From positions 62,001 through 126,000 of the forward strand of contig JAUCBJ010009132.1 in NCBI GenBank assembly GCA_032718475.1: a stretch of 64,000 bases of DNA. The letters are read 5' to 3'. The notes under the pieces are model-generated. The model had not been told where the DNA came from and did no database searches. It worked only from the letters and a program-made list of their open reading frames with translations. A program made the position numbers and the translations under genes. Each line of letters opens with the position of its first letter. The stretch's first letter is position 1. Shown one piece after another: positions 1 to 13,761 of the stretch. Origin of the DNA: Nemertoderma westbladi. Its lineage: Eukaryota; Animalia; Xenacoelomorpha.

Positions 1-3000
1 GAACCTGGTGGCCGCTTCCAGGCGATTCATGCAGGTGAGAAAAGGTGGAACCTGGTTGCCGCTTTCAGGCGATTCAAGCAGGTGAGAAAAGGTGGAATCT
101 GGTGGCCGCATCCAGGTGATTCAAGCAGGTGAGAAAAGGTGGAACCTGGTGGCCGCTTCCAGGCGATTCAAGCAGGTGAGAATAGGCGGAACCTGGTGGC
201 CGCTTCCAGGCGATTCAAGCAGGTGAGAAAAGGTGGAACCTGGTGGCCGCTTCCAGGCGATTCAAGCAGTTGAGAATAGGTGAAACCTGGTGGCCGCTTC
301 CAGTGAGAAAAGGTGGAACCTGGTGGCTGCTTCCAGGCGATTCCAGCAGGTGAGAATATGTGGAACCTGGTGGCCGCTTCCAGGCGATTCAAGCAGGTGA
401 GAAAAGGTGGAACCTGGTGGCCGCTTCCAGGCGATTCAAGCAGCTTAGAAAAGGTGGAACCTGGTGGCCGCTTCCAGGCGATTCAAGCAGGTAAGAATAG
501 GTGGAACCTGGTGGCCGCTTCCAGGCGATTCAAGCAGGTGAGAATAGGTGAAAACTGGTGGCCGCTTCCAGGTGAGAAAAGGTGGTAACTGGAGGCCGCT
601 TCCAGGCGATTCCAGCAGGTGAGAATAGGTGGAACCTGGTGGCCGCTTCCAGGCGATTCAAGCAGGTGAGAATAGGTGGAACCTGGTGGCCGCTACCAGG
701 CGATTCAAGCAGGTGAGAAAAGGTGGAACCTGGTGGCCGCTTCCAGACGATTCAGGCAGATGAGAAAAGGTGGAACCTGGTGGCCGCTTCCAGGCGATTC
801 AAGCAGGTGAGAATAGGTGGAACCTGGTGGCCGCTTCCAGGCGATTCATGCAGGTGAGAAAAGGTGGAACCTGGTTGCCGCTTTCAGGCGATTCAAGCAG
901 GTGAGAAAAGGTGGAATCTGGTGGCCGCATCCAGGTGATTCAAGCAGGTGAGAAAAGGTGGAACCTGGTGGCCGCTTCCAGGCGATTCAAGCAGGTGAGA
1001 ATAGGCGGAACCTGGTGGCCGCTTCCAGGCGATTCAAGCAGGTGAGAAAAGGTGGAACCTGGTGGCCGCTTCCAGGCGTTTCAAGCAGTTGAGAATAGGT
1101 GAAACCTGGTGGCCGCTTCCAGGTGAGAAAAGGTGTAACCTGGTGGCTGCTTCCAGGCGATTCCAGCAGGTGAGAATATGTGGAACCTGGTGGCCGCTTC
1201 CAGGCGATTCAAGCAGGTGAGAAAAGGTGGAACCTGGTGACCGCTTCCAGGCGATTTAAGTAGTTGATAAAATATGAAACCTGGTGCCCGCTTCCAGGCG
1301 ATTCAGGCAGATGAGAAAAGGTGGAATCTGGAGGCCGCTTCCAGGTGATTCATGCAGGTGAGAAAAGGTGGAACCTGGTGGCCGCTTCTAGCGATTCAAG
1401 CAGGTGAGTAAAGGTGGAACCTGGTGGACGCTTCCAGACGATTCAGGCTGATGAGAAAAGGTGGAATCTGGAGGCCGCTTCCAGGTGATTCATGCAGGTG
1501 AGAAAAGGTGGAACCTGGTGGCCGCTTCTAGCGATTCAAGCGGGTGAGAAAAGGTGGAACGTGGTGGCCGCTTCCAGACGATTCAGGCAGATGAGAAAAG
1601 GTGGAACCTGGTGGCCGCTTCCAGGCGATTCAAGCAGGTGAGAATAGGTGGAACCTGGTGGCCGCTTCCAGGCGATTCATGCAGGTGAGAAAAGGTGGAA
1701 CCTGGTTGCCGCTTTCAGGCGATTCAAGCAGGTGAGAAAAGGTGGAATCTGGTGGCCGCATCCAGGTGATTCAAGCAGGTGAGAAAAGGTGGAACCTGGT
1801 GGCCGCTTCCAGGCGATTCAAGCAGGTGAGAATAGGCGGAACCTGGTGGCCGCTTCCAGGCGATTCAAGCAGGTGAGAAAAGGTGGAACCTGGTGGCCGC
1901 TTCCAGGCGATTCAAGCAGGTGAGAATAGGTGGAACCTGGTGGCCGCTTCCAGGCGATTCAAGCAGTTGAGAATAGGTGAAACCTGGTGGCCGCTTCCAG
2001 GTGAGAAAAGGTGGAACCTGGTGGCTGCTTCCAGGCGATTCCAGCAGGTGAGAATATGTGGAACCTGGTGGCCGCTTCCAGGCGATTCAAGCAGGTGAGA
2101 AAAGGTGGAACCTGGTGGCCGCTTCCAGGCGATTCAAGCAGGTGAGAATAGGTGGAACCTGGTGGCCGCTTCCAGGCGATTCAAGCAGGTGAGCAAAGGT
2201 GGAACCTGGTGGCCGCTTCCAGGCGATTCAAGCAGGTGAGAATAGGTGGAACCTGGAGGCCGCTTCCAGGCGATTCAAGCAGGTGAGAATAGGTGGAACC
2301 TGGTGGCCGCTTCCAGGCGATCCAAGCAGGGGAGAATAGGTGGAACCTGGTGGCCGCTTCCAGGCGATTCAAGCAGGTGATAAAAGGTGGAACCTGGTTG
2401 CCACTTCCAGGCGATTCAAGCAGGTGAGAAAAGGTGGAATCTGGTGGCCGTATCCAGGTGATTCAAGCAGGTGAGAAAAGGTGGAACCTGGTGGCCGCTT
2501 CCAGGGGATTCAAGCAGGTGAGAATAGGTGGAACCTGGTGGCCGCTTCTAGGCGATTCAAGCAGGTGAGAATAGGTGGAACCTGGTGGCCGCTTCCAGGC
2601 GATTCAAGCAGGTGAGAAAAGGTGGAACCTGGTGGCCGCTTCCAGGCGATTCAAGCAGGTGAGAATAGGTGGAACCTGGTGGCCGCATCCAGGCGATTCA
2701 AGCAGGTGAGAAAAGGTGGAACCTGGTGGCCGCTTCCAGGCGAATCAAGCAGGTGAGAATAGGTGGAACCTGGTGGGCGCTTCCAGGCGATTCAAGCAGG
2801 TGAGAATAGGTGAAACCTGGTGGCCGCTTCCAGGTGAGAAAAGGTGGAACCTGGTGGCCGCTTCCAGGCGATTCAAGCAGGTGAGAATAGGTGGAACCGG
2901 GTGGCCGCTTCCAGGGGATTCAAGCAGGTGAGAAAAGGTGGAACCTGGTGGCCGCTTCCAGGCAATTCAAGCAGGTAAGAATAGGTGGAACCTGGTGGCC

Positions 3001-6000
3001 GCTTCCAGGCGATTCAAGCAGGTGAGAATAGGTGAAACCTGGTGGCCGCTTCCAGGTGAGAAAAGGTGGAACCGGGTGGCCGCTTCCAGGCGATTCAAGC
3101 AGCTTAGAAAAGGTGGAACCTGGTGGCCGCTTCCAGGCGATTCAAGCAGGTAAGAATAGGTGGAACCTGGTGGCCGCTTCCAGGCGATTCAAGCAGGTGA
3201 GAATAGGTGAAACCTGGTGGCCGCTTCCAGGTGAGAAAAGGTGGTACCTGGAGGCCGCTTCCAGGCGATTCCAGCAGGTGAGAATAGGTGGAACCTGGTG
3301 GCCGCTTCCAGGCGATTCAAGCAGGTGAGAATAGGTGGAACCTGGTGGCCGCTACCAGGCGATTCAAGCAGGTGAGAAAAGGTGGAACCTGGTGGCCGCT
3401 TCCAGACGATTCAGGCAGATGAGAAAAGGTGGAACCTGGTGGCCGCTTCCAGGCGATTCAAGCAGGTGAGAATAGGTGGAACCTGGTGGCCGCTTCCAGG
3501 CGATTCATGCAGGTGAGAAAAGGTGGAACCTGGTTGCCGCTTTCAGGCGATTCAAGCAGGTGAGAAAAGGTGGAATCTGGTGGCCGCATCCAGGTGATTC
3601 AAGCAGGTGAGAAAAGGTGGAACCTGGTGGCCGCTTCCAGGCGATTCAAGCAGGTGAGAATAGGCGGAACCTGGTGGCCGCTTCCAGGCGATTCAAGCAG
3701 GTGAGAAAAGGTGGAACCTGGTGGCCGCTTCCAGGCGATTCAAGCAGGTGAGAATAGGTGGAACCTGGTGGCCGCTTCCAGGCGATTCAAGCAGTTGAGA
3801 ATAGGTGAAACCTGGTGGCCGCTTCCAGGTGAGAAAAGGTGGAACCTGGTGGCTGCTTCCAGGCGATTCCAGCAGGTGAGAATATGTGGAACCTGGTGGC
3901 CGCTTCCAGGCGATTCAAGCAGGTGAGAAAAGGTGGAACCTGGTGGCCGCTTCCAGGCGATTCAAGCAGGTGAGAATAGGTGGAACCTGGTGGCCGCTTC
4001 CAGGCGATTCAAGCAGGTGAGCAAAGGTGGAACCTGGTGGCCGCTTCCAGGCAATTCAAGCAGGTGAGAATAGGTGGAACCTGGAGGCCGCTTCCAGGCG
4101 ATTCAAGCAGGTGAGAATAGGTGGAACCTGGTGGCCGCTTCCTGGCGATTCAAGCAGGGGAGAATAGGTGGAACCTGGTGGCCGCTTCCAGGCGATTCAA
4201 GCAGGTGATAAAAGGTGGAACCTGGTTGCCGCTTCCAGGCGATTCAAGCAGGTGAGAAAAGGTGGAATCTGGTGGCCGCATCCAGGTGATTCAAGCAGGT
4301 GAGAAAAGGTGGAACCTGGTGGCCGCTTCCAGGCGATTCAAACAGGTGAGAATAGGTGGAACCTGGTGGCCGCTTCTAGGCGATTCAAGCAGGTGAGAAT
4401 AGGTGGAACCTGGTGGCCGCTTCCAGGCGATTCAAGCAGGTGAGAAAAGGTGGAACCTGGTGGCCGCTTCCAGGCGATTCAAGCAGGTGAGAATAGGTGG
4501 AACCTGGTGGCCGCTTCCAGGCGATTCAAGCAGGTGAGAAAAGGTGGAACCTGGTGGCCGCTTCCAGGCGAATCAAGCAGGTGAGAATAGGTGGAACCTG
4601 GTGGGCGCTTCCAGGCGATTCAAGCAGGTGAGAATAGGTGAAACCTGGTGGCCGCTTCCAGGTGAGAAAAGGTGGAACCGGGTGGCCGCTTCCAGGCGAT
4701 TCAAGCAGCTTAGAAAAGGTGGAACCTGGTGGCCGCTTCCAGGCGATTCAAGCAGGTAAGAATAGGTGGAACCTGGTGGCCGCTTCCAGGCAATTCAAGC
4801 AGGTGAGAATAGGTGAAACCTGGTGGCCGCTTCCAGGTGAGAAAAGGTGGTAACTGGAGGCCGCTTCCAGGCGATTCAAGCAGGTAAGAATAGGTGGAAC
4901 CTGGTGGCCGCTTCCAGGCGATTCAAGCAGGTGAGAATAGGTGAAACCTGGTGGCCGCTTCCAGGTGAGAAAAGGTGGTAACTGGAGGCCGCTTCCAGGC
5001 GATTCAAGCAGGTGAGAATAGGTGGAACCTGGTGGCCGCTTCCAGGCGATTCATGCAGGTGAGAAAAGGTGGAACCTGGTTGCCGCTTTCAGGCGATTCA
5101 AGCAGGTGAGAAAAGGTGGAATCTGGTGTCCGCATCCAGGTGATTCAAGCAGGTGAGAAAAGGTGGAACCTGGTGGCCGCTTCCAGGCGATTCAAGCAGG
5201 TGAGAATAGGTGAAACCTGGTGGCCGCTTCCAGGTGAGAAAAGGTGGTAACTGGAGGCCGCTTCCAGGCGATTCCAGCAGGTGAGAATAGGTGGAACCTG
5301 GTGGCCGCTTCCAGGCGATTCGAGCAGGTGAGAATAGGTGGAACCTGGTGGCCGCTACCAGGCGATTCAAGCAGGTGAGAAAAGGTGGAACCTGGTGGCC
5401 GCTTCCAGACGATTCAGGCAGATGAGAAAAGGTGGAACCTGGTGGCCGCTTCCAGGCGATTCAAGCAGGTGAGAATAGGTGGAACCTGGTGGCCGCTTCC
5501 AGGCGATTCATGCAGGTGAGAAAAGGTGGAACCTGGTTGCCGCTTTCAGGCGATTCAAGCAGGTGAGAAAAGGTGGAATCTGGTGGCCGCATCCAGGTGA
5601 TTCAAGCAGGTGAGAAAAGGTGGAACCTGGTGGCCGCTTCCAGGCGATTCAAGCAGGTGAGAATAGGCGGAACCTGGTGGCCGCTTCCAGGCGATTCAAG
5701 CAGGTGAGAAAAGGTGGAACCTGGTGGCCGCTTCCAGGCGATTCAAGCAGTTGAGAATAGGTGAAACCTGGTGGCCGCTTCCAGTGAGAAAAGGTGGAAC
5801 CTGGTGGCTGCTTCCAGGCGATTCCAGCAGGTGAGAATATGTGGAACCTGGTGGCCGCTTCCAGGCGATTCAAGCAGGTGAGAAAAGGTGGAACCTGGTG
5901 GCCGCTTCCAGGCGATTCAAGCAGCTTAGAAAAGGTGGAACCTGGTGGCCGCTTCCAGGCGATACAAGCAGGTAAGAATAGGTGGAACCTGGTGGCCGCT

Positions 6001-9000
6001 TCCAGGCGATTCAAGCAGGTGAGAATAGGTGAAAACTGGTGGCCGCTTCCAGGTGAGAAAAGGTGGTAACTGGAGGCCGCTTCCAGGCGATTCCAGCAGG
6101 TGAGAATAGGTGGAACCTGGTGGCCGCTTCCAGGCGATTCAAGCAGGTGAGAATAGGTGGAACCTGGTGGCCGCTACCAGGCGATTCAAGCAGGTGAGAA
6201 AAGGTGGAACCTGGTGGCTGCTTCCAGACGATTCAGGCAGATGAGAAAAGGTGGAACCTGGTGGCCGCTTCCAGGCGATTCAAGCAGGTGAGAATAGGTG
6301 GAACCTGGTGGCCGCTTCCAGGCGATTCATGCAGGTGAGAAAAGGTGGAACCTGGTTGCCGCTTTCAGGCGATTCAAGCAGGTGAGAAAAGGTGGAATCT
6401 GGTGGCCGCATCCAGGTGATTCAAGCAGGTGAGAAAAGGTGGAACCTGGTGGCCGCTTCCAGGCGATTCAAGCAGGTGAGAATAGGCGGAACCTGGTGGC
6501 CGCTTCCAGGCGATTCAAGTAGGTGAGAAAAGGTGGAACCTGGTGGCCGCTTCCAGGCGATTCAAGCAGTTGAGAATAGGTGAAACCTGGTGGCCGCTTC
6601 CAGGTGAGAAAAGGTGTAACCTGGTGGCTGCTTCCAGGCGATTCCAGCAGGTGAGAATATGTGGAACCTGGTGGCCGCTTCCAGGCGATTCAAGCAGGTG
6701 AGAAAAGGTGGAACCTGGTGGCCGCTTCCAGGCGATTCAAACAGGTGAGAATAGGTGGAACCTGGAGGCCGCTTCCAGGCGATTCAAGCAGGTGAGAATA
6801 GGTGGAACCTGGTGGCCGCTTCCAGGCGATTCAAGCAGGGGAGAATAGGTGGAACCTGGTGGCCGCTTCCAGGCGATTCAAGCAGGTGATAAAAGGTGGA
6901 ACCTGGTTGCCGCTTCCAGGCGATTCAAGCAGGTGAGAAAAGGTGGAATCTGGTGGCCGCATCCAGGTGATTCAAGCAGGTGAGAAAAGGTGGAACCTGG
7001 TGGCCGCTTCCAGGCGATTCAAGCAGGTGAGAATAGGTGGAACCTGGTGGCCGCTTCTAGGCGATTCAAGCAGGTGAGAATAGGTGGAACCTGGTGGCCG
7101 CTTCCAGGCGATTCAAGCAGGTGAGAAAAGGTGGAACCTGGTGGCCGCTTCCAGGCGATTCAAGCAGGTGAGAATAGGTGGAACCTGGTGGCCGCTTCCA
7201 GGCGATTCAAGCAGGTGAGAAAAGGTGGAACCTGGTGGCCGCTTCTAGGCGATTCAAGCAGGTGAGAATAGGTGGAACCTGGTGGCCGCTTCCAGGCGAT
7301 TCAAGCAGGTGAGAAAAGGTGGAACCTGGTGGCCGCTTCCAGGCGATTCAAGCAGGTGAGAATAGGTGGAACCTGGTGGCCGCTTCTAGGCGATTCAAGC
7401 AGGTGAGAATAGGTGGAACCTGGTGGCCGCTTCCAGGCGATTCAAGCAGGTGAGAAAAGGTGGAACCTGGTGGCCGCTTCCAGGCGATTCAAGCAGGTGA
7501 GAATAGGTGGAACCTGGTGGCCGCTTCCAGGCGATTCAAGCAGGTGAGAATAGGTGGAACCTGGTGGGCGCTTCCAGGCGATTCAAGCAGGTGAGAATAG
7601 GTGAAACCTGGTGGCCGCTTCCAGGTGAGAAAAGGTGGAACCTGGTGGCCGCTTCCAGGCGATTCAAGCAGGTGAGAATAGGTGGAACCGGGTGGCCGCT
7701 TCCAGGGGATTCAAGCAGGTGAGAAAAGGTGGAACCTGGTGGCCGCTTCCAGGCAATTCAAGCAGGTAAGAATAGGTGGAACCTGGTGGCCGCTTCCAGG
7801 CGATTCAAGCAGGCGAGAATAGGTGAAACCTGGTGGCCGCTTCCAGGTGAGAAAAGGTGGAACCGGGTGGCCGCTTCCAGGCGATTCAAGCAGCTTAGAA
7901 AAGGTGGAACCTGGTGGCCGCTTCCAGGCGATTCAAGCAGGTAAGAATAGGTGGAACCTGGTGGCCGCTTCCAGGCGATTCAAGCAGGTGAGAATAGGTG
8001 AAACCTGGTGGCCGCTTCCAGGTGAGAAAAGGTGGTACCTGGAGGCCGCTTCCAGGCGATTCCAGCAGGTGAGAATAGGTGGAACCTGGTGGCCGCTTCC
8101 AGGCGATTCAAGCAGGTGAGAATAGGTGGAACCTGGTGGCCGCTACCAGGCGATTCAAGCAGGTGAGAAAAGGTGGAACCTGGTGGCCGCTTCCAGACGA
8201 TTCAGGCAGATGAGAAAAGGTGGAACCTGGTGGCCGCTTCCAGGCGATTCAAGCAGGTGAGAATAGGTGGAACCTGGTGGCCGCTTCCAGGCGATTCATG
8301 CAGGTGAGAAAAGGTGGAACCTGGTTGCCGCTTTCAGGCGATTCAAGCAGGTGAGAAAAGGTGGAATCTGGTGGCCGCATCCAGGTGATTCAAGCAGGTG
8401 AGAAAAGGTGGAACCTGGTGGCCGCTTCCAGGCGATTCAAGCAGGTGAGAATAGGCGGAACCTGGTGGCCGCTTCCAGGCGATTCAAGCAGGTGAGAAAA
8501 GGTGGAACCTGGTGGCCGCTTCCAGGCGATTCAAGCAGGTGAGAATAGGTGGAACCTGGTGGCCGCTTCCAGGCGATTCAAGCAGTTGAGAATAGGTGAA
8601 ACCTGGTGGCCGCTTCCAGGTGAGAAAACGTGGAACCTGGTGGCTGCTTCCAGGCGATTCCAGCAGGTGAGAATATGTGGAACCTGGTGGCCGCTTCCAG
8701 GCGATTCAAGCAGGTGAGAAAAGGTGGAACCTGGTGGCCGCTTCCAGGCGATTCAAGCAGGTGAGAATAGGTGGAACCTGGTGGCCGCTTCCAGGCGATT
8801 CAAGCAGGTGAGCAAAGGTGGAAACTGGTGGCCGCTTCCAGGCGATTCAAGCAGGTGAGAATAGGTGGAACCTGGAGGCCGCTTCCAGGCGATTCAAGCA
8901 GGTGAGAATAGGTGGAACCTGGTGGCCGCTTCCAGGCGATTCAAGCTGGGGAGAATAGGTGGAACCTGGTGGCCGCTTCCAGGCGATTCAAGCAGGTGAT

Positions 9001-12000
9001 AAAAGGTGGAACCTGGTTGCCGCTTCCAGGCGATTCAAGCAGGTGAGAAAAGGTGGAATCTGGTGGCCGCATCCAGGTGATTCAAGCAGGTGAGAAAAGG
9101 TGGAACCTGGTGGCCGCTTCCAGGCGATTCAAGCAGGTGAGAATAGGTGGAACCTGGTGGCCGCTTCTAGGCGATTCAAGCAGGTGAGAATAGGTGGAAC
9201 CTGGTGGCCGCTTCCAGGCGATTCAAGCAGGTGAGAAAAGGTGGAACCTGGTGGTCGCTTCCAGGCGAATCAAGCAGGTGAGAATAGGTGGAACCTGGTG
9301 GGCGCTTCCAGGCGATTCAAGCAGGTGAGAATAGGTGAAACCTGGTGGCCGCTTCCAGGTGAGAAAAGGTGGAACCGGGTGGCCGCTTCCAGGCGATTCA
9401 AGCAGCTTAGAAAAGGTGGAACCTAGTGGCCGCTTCCAGGCGATTCAAGCAGGTAAGAATAGGTGGAACCTAGTGGCCGCTTCCAGGCGATTCAAGCAGG
9501 TGAGAATAGGTGAAACCTGGTGGCCGCTTCCAGGTGAGAAAAGGTATTAACTGGAGGCCGCTTCCAGGCGATTCCAGCAGGTGAGAATAGGTGGAACCTG
9601 GTGGCCGCTTCCAGGCGATTCAAGCAGGTGAGAATAGGTGGAACCTGGTGGCCGCTACCAGGCGATTCAAGCAGGTGAGAAAAGGTGGAACCTGGTGGCC
9701 GCTTCCAGACGATTCAGGCAGATGAGAAAAGGTGGAACCTGGTGGCCGCTTCCAGGCGTTTCAAGCAGGTGAGAATAGGTGGAACCTGGTGGCCGCTTCC
9801 AGGCGATTCATGCAGGTGAGAAAAGGTGGAACCTGGTTGCCGCTTTCAGGCGATTCAAGCAGGTGAGAAAAGGTGGAATCTGGTGGCCGCATCCAGGTGA
9901 TTCAAGCAGGTGAGAAAAGGTGGAACCTGGTGGCCGCTTCCAGGCGATTCAAGCAGGTGAGAATAGGCGGAACCTGGTGGCCGTTTCCAGGCGATTCAAG
10001 CAGGTGAGAAAAGGTGGAACCTGGTGGCCGCTTCCAGGCGATTCAAGCAGTTGAGAATAGGTGAAACCTGGTGGCCGCTTCCAGGTTAGAAAAGGTGGAA
10101 CCTGGTGGCTGCTTCCAGGCGATTCCAGCAGGTGAGAATATGTGGAACCTGGTGGCCGCTTCCAGGCGATTCAAGCAGGTGAGAAAAGGTGGAACCTGGT
10201 GGCCGCTTCCAGGCGATTCAAGCAGGTGAGAATAGGTGGAACCTGGTGGCCGCTTCCAGGCGATTCAAGCAGGTGAGCAAAGGTGGAACCTGGTGGCCGC
10301 TTCCAGGCGATTCAGGCAGGTGAGAATAGGTGGAACCTGGAGGCCGCTTCCAGGCGATTCAAGCAGGTGAGAATAGGTGGAACCTGGTGGCCAGTTCCAG
10401 GCGATTCAAGCAGGGGAGAATAGGTGGAACCTGGTGGCCGCTTCCAGGCGATTCAAGCAGGTGATAAAAGGTGGAACCTGGTTGCCGCTTCCAGGCGATT
10501 CAAGCAGGTGAGAAAAGGTGGAATCTGGTGGCCGCATCCAGGTGATTCAAGCAGGTGAGAAAAGGTGGAACCTGGTGGCCGCTTCCAGGCGATTCAAGCA
10601 GGTGAGAATAGGTGGAACCTGGTGGCCGCTTCTAGGCGATTCAAGCAGGTGAGAATAGGTGGAACCTGGTGGCCGCTTCCAGGCGATTCAAGCAGGTGAG
10701 AAAAGGTGGAACCTGGTGGTCGCTTCCAGGCGAATCAAGCAGGTGAGAATAGGTGGAACCTGGTGGGCGCTTCCAGGCGATTCAAGCAGGTGAGAATAGG
10801 TGAAACCTGGTGGCCGCTTCCAGGTGAGAAAAGGTGGAACCGGGTGGCCGCTTCCAGGCGATTCAAGCAGCTTAGAAAAGGTGGAACCTAGTGGCCGCTT
10901 CCAGGCGATTCAAGCAGGTAAGAATAGGTGGAACCTAGTGGCCGCTTCCAGGCGATTCAAGCAGGTGAGAATAGGTGAAACCTGGTGGCCGCTTCCAGGT
11001 GAGAAAAGGTATTAACTGGAGGCCGCTTCCAGGCGATTCCAGCAGGTGAGAATAGGTGGAACCTGGTGGCCGCTTCCAGGCGATTCAAGCAGGTGAGAAT
11101 AGGTGGAACCTGGTGGCCGCTACCAGGCGATTCAAGCAGGTGAGAAAAGGTGGAACCTGGTGGCCGCTTCCAGACGATTCAGGCAGATGAGAAAAGGTGG
11201 AACCTGGTGGCCGCTTCCAGGCGTTTCAAGCAGGTGAGAATAGGTGGAACCTGGTGGCCGCTTCCAGGCGATTCATGCAGGTGAGAAAAGGTGGAACCTG
11301 GTTGCCGCTTTCAGGCGATTCAAGCAGGTGAGAAAAGGTGGAATCTGGTGGCCGCATCCAGGTGATTCAAGCAGGTGAGAAAAGGTGGAACCTGGTGGCC
11401 GCTTCCAGGCGATTCAAGCAGGTGAGAATAGGCGGAACCTGGTGGCCGTTTCCAGGCGATTCAAGCAGGTGAGAAAAGGTGGAACCTGGTGGCCGCTTCC
11501 AGGCGATTCAAGCAGTTGAGAATAGGTGAAACCTGGTGGCCGCTTCCAGGTTAGAAAAGGTGGAACCTGGTGGCTGCTTCCAGGCGATTCCAGCAGGTGA
11601 GAATATGTGGAACCTGGTGGCCGCTTCCAGGCGATTCAAGCAGGTGAGAAAAGGTGGAACCTGGTGGCCGCTTCCAGGCGATTCAAGCAGGTGAGAATAG
11701 GTGGAACCTGGTGGCCGCTTCCAGGCGATTCAAGCAGGTGAGCAAAGGTGGAACCTGGTGGCCGCTTCCAGGCGATTCAGGCAGGTGAGAATAGGTGGAA
11801 CCTGGAGGCCGCTTCCAGGCGATTCAAGCAGGTGAGAATAGGTGGAACCTGGTGGCCAGTTCCAGGCGATTCAAGCAGGGGAGAATAGGTGGAACCTGGT
11901 GGCCGCTTCCAGGCGATTCAAGCAGGTGATAAAAGGTGGAACCTGGTTGCCGCTTCCAGGCGATTCAAGCAGGTGAGAAAAGGTGGAATCTGGTGGCCGC

Positions 12001-12497
12001 ATCCAGGTGATTCAAGCAGGTGAGAAAAGGTGGAACCTGGTGGCCGCTTCCAGGCGATTCAAGCAGGTGAGAATAGGTGGAACCTGGTGGCCGCTTCTAG
12101 GCGATTCAAGCAGGTGAGAATAGGTGGAACCTGGTGGCCGCTTCCAGGCGATTCAAGCAGGTGAGAAAAGGTGGAACCTGGTGGCCGCTTCCAGGCGATT
12201 CAAGCAGGTGAGAATAGGTGGAACCTGGTGGCCGCTTCCAGGCGATTCAAGCAGGTGAGAAAAGGTGGAACCTGGTGGCCGCTTCCAGGCGAATCAAGCA
12301 GGTGAGAATAGGTGGAACCTGGTGGGCGCTTCCAGGCGATTCAAGCAGGTGAGAATAGGTGAAACCTGGTGGCCGCTTCCAGGTGAGAAAAGGTGGAACC
12401 TGGTGGCCGCTTCCAGGCGATTCAAGCAGGGGAGAATAGGTGGAACCGGGTGGCCGCTTCCAGGGGATTCAAGCAGGTGAGAAAAGGTGGAACCTGG
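1..12497. repeat. 47-bp GC-rich satellite, left arm (~270 monomers, runs off the window start)
   Basis: Consensus GAACCTGGTGGCCGCTTCCAGGCGATTCAAGCAGGTGAGAA(A/T)AGGTG repeats at 1, 48, 95...; a recurrent 34-bp deletion variant; diagnostic variants recur in higher-order blocks. Confidence 0.99.
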
Positions 12498-12972
12498 TGT
12501 ATGCTATACCGGGCATAATCCGGGGTCTTTTCCCCTAATTTGGAATCTTATCCAACGGAGCGTTGCAAATAACTTGAGTTTATAAAAGGACAGTATAATA
12601 ATAATATATAATAATATATAACTTGCAACAGCTCGTGAATTTAATGGCTCCTTAGGGGAGACCATTAGTTTTAGTAACAAAGTAATAAAACTGCACAACT
12701 TCTATCTATGAATAAAACCAATGAATGTTTAATATATATGAAGTATTATGCTACCAATATTAGCCCAGTAAGAATACTTAATCCCCAATATCCAATAGGA
12801 GGTCGTTTCCTTGTCCCCAGCTTACATTAATGGTTGATGCACCAGTACTGCCTGGTAGAAGGGGATAATTGGTGTTTCAAAACAGCTGATGAGTAGGTAA
12901 CAATACAGATTGGGTTTGGCATTTTCCTATAGGGGTTAGATGAATTGAATGTATTTCATGGAACCGAATACA
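12498..12972 (-). repeat. 3' LTR
   Basis: Matches 19530-20004 with no differences seen by eye; TG...CA termini. Confidence 0.97.
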
Positions 12973-12987
12973 GTCCCCTAATTTTTT
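12973..12987 (-). promoter_or_regulatory. Putative polypurine tract
   Basis: Minus strand reads AAAAAATTAGGGGAC directly before the TGT of the LTR; orientation agrees with the ORFs. Confidence 0.55.
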
Positions 12988-13761
12988 GTGGTCAAGGACA
13001 AACAAAAAATTACCCAAATAAAAATAAGAACAACATGATAGAAATATACAAATTACGAATAATTTGAAAATAATTGTGAAGGCACTTGAAGCGTACATAA
13101 TATTTACTTACTGTTAAATATGAATTCAATATAAACAAATATACTTGAAGCGTACATACGTTACAATATCACTCTTCTATAAAATCGTATACGTAAACAG
13201 GCTTGATATATAGAATTGTACATACAATCAAATACTTCCAAAGCACTAATTAAATTTATAATCGCAATTAGTATAAATGACCTCCTTCAACTTAGAACAA
13301 GAATATCTAAAAACGCTTTTATTTTCAATGGTGAAACATAATTAATCAATAACCATTTGGTTTAGACATACACCAGATGACTAGGTGTTACGAAAAAAGT
13401 ATGTTATATTATATAAACTGCACCAGAAATTACCTAAAGCTAGGGAGTATAATATTGGTTGTTAATTGCAAATTTTCAACGCATAGTAATTTTGCTCAGA
13501 GAAACAAACAAGTGTTATGAATATATTATTTAATTAAATATTTAATTATTATATTCTTATTTTATTGGAATGGAATGGAATGGGACGAACGTCTTCTTCG
13601 AGAATCATTAGTTCCACTTACCTTTATTGATACATTCGAAACGTGAGGAACTGTCTGTGTTACAATTACGATACTTACCTCAGGAGATTTCGACGATCTT
13701 TAATAATAGCAACCATGAACGCCGTAACATTATTATAATTTGTTAATTAACTCAGTCAGAG

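Noticed and set aside
12498-12972. Plus-strand orientation of the LTR element (TATAAAA at 12581, AATAAA at 12684 and 12711)
   Set aside because: The ORFs and purine tract indicate the minus strand, and there is no PPT before the right LTR. An antisense promoter is not excluded.
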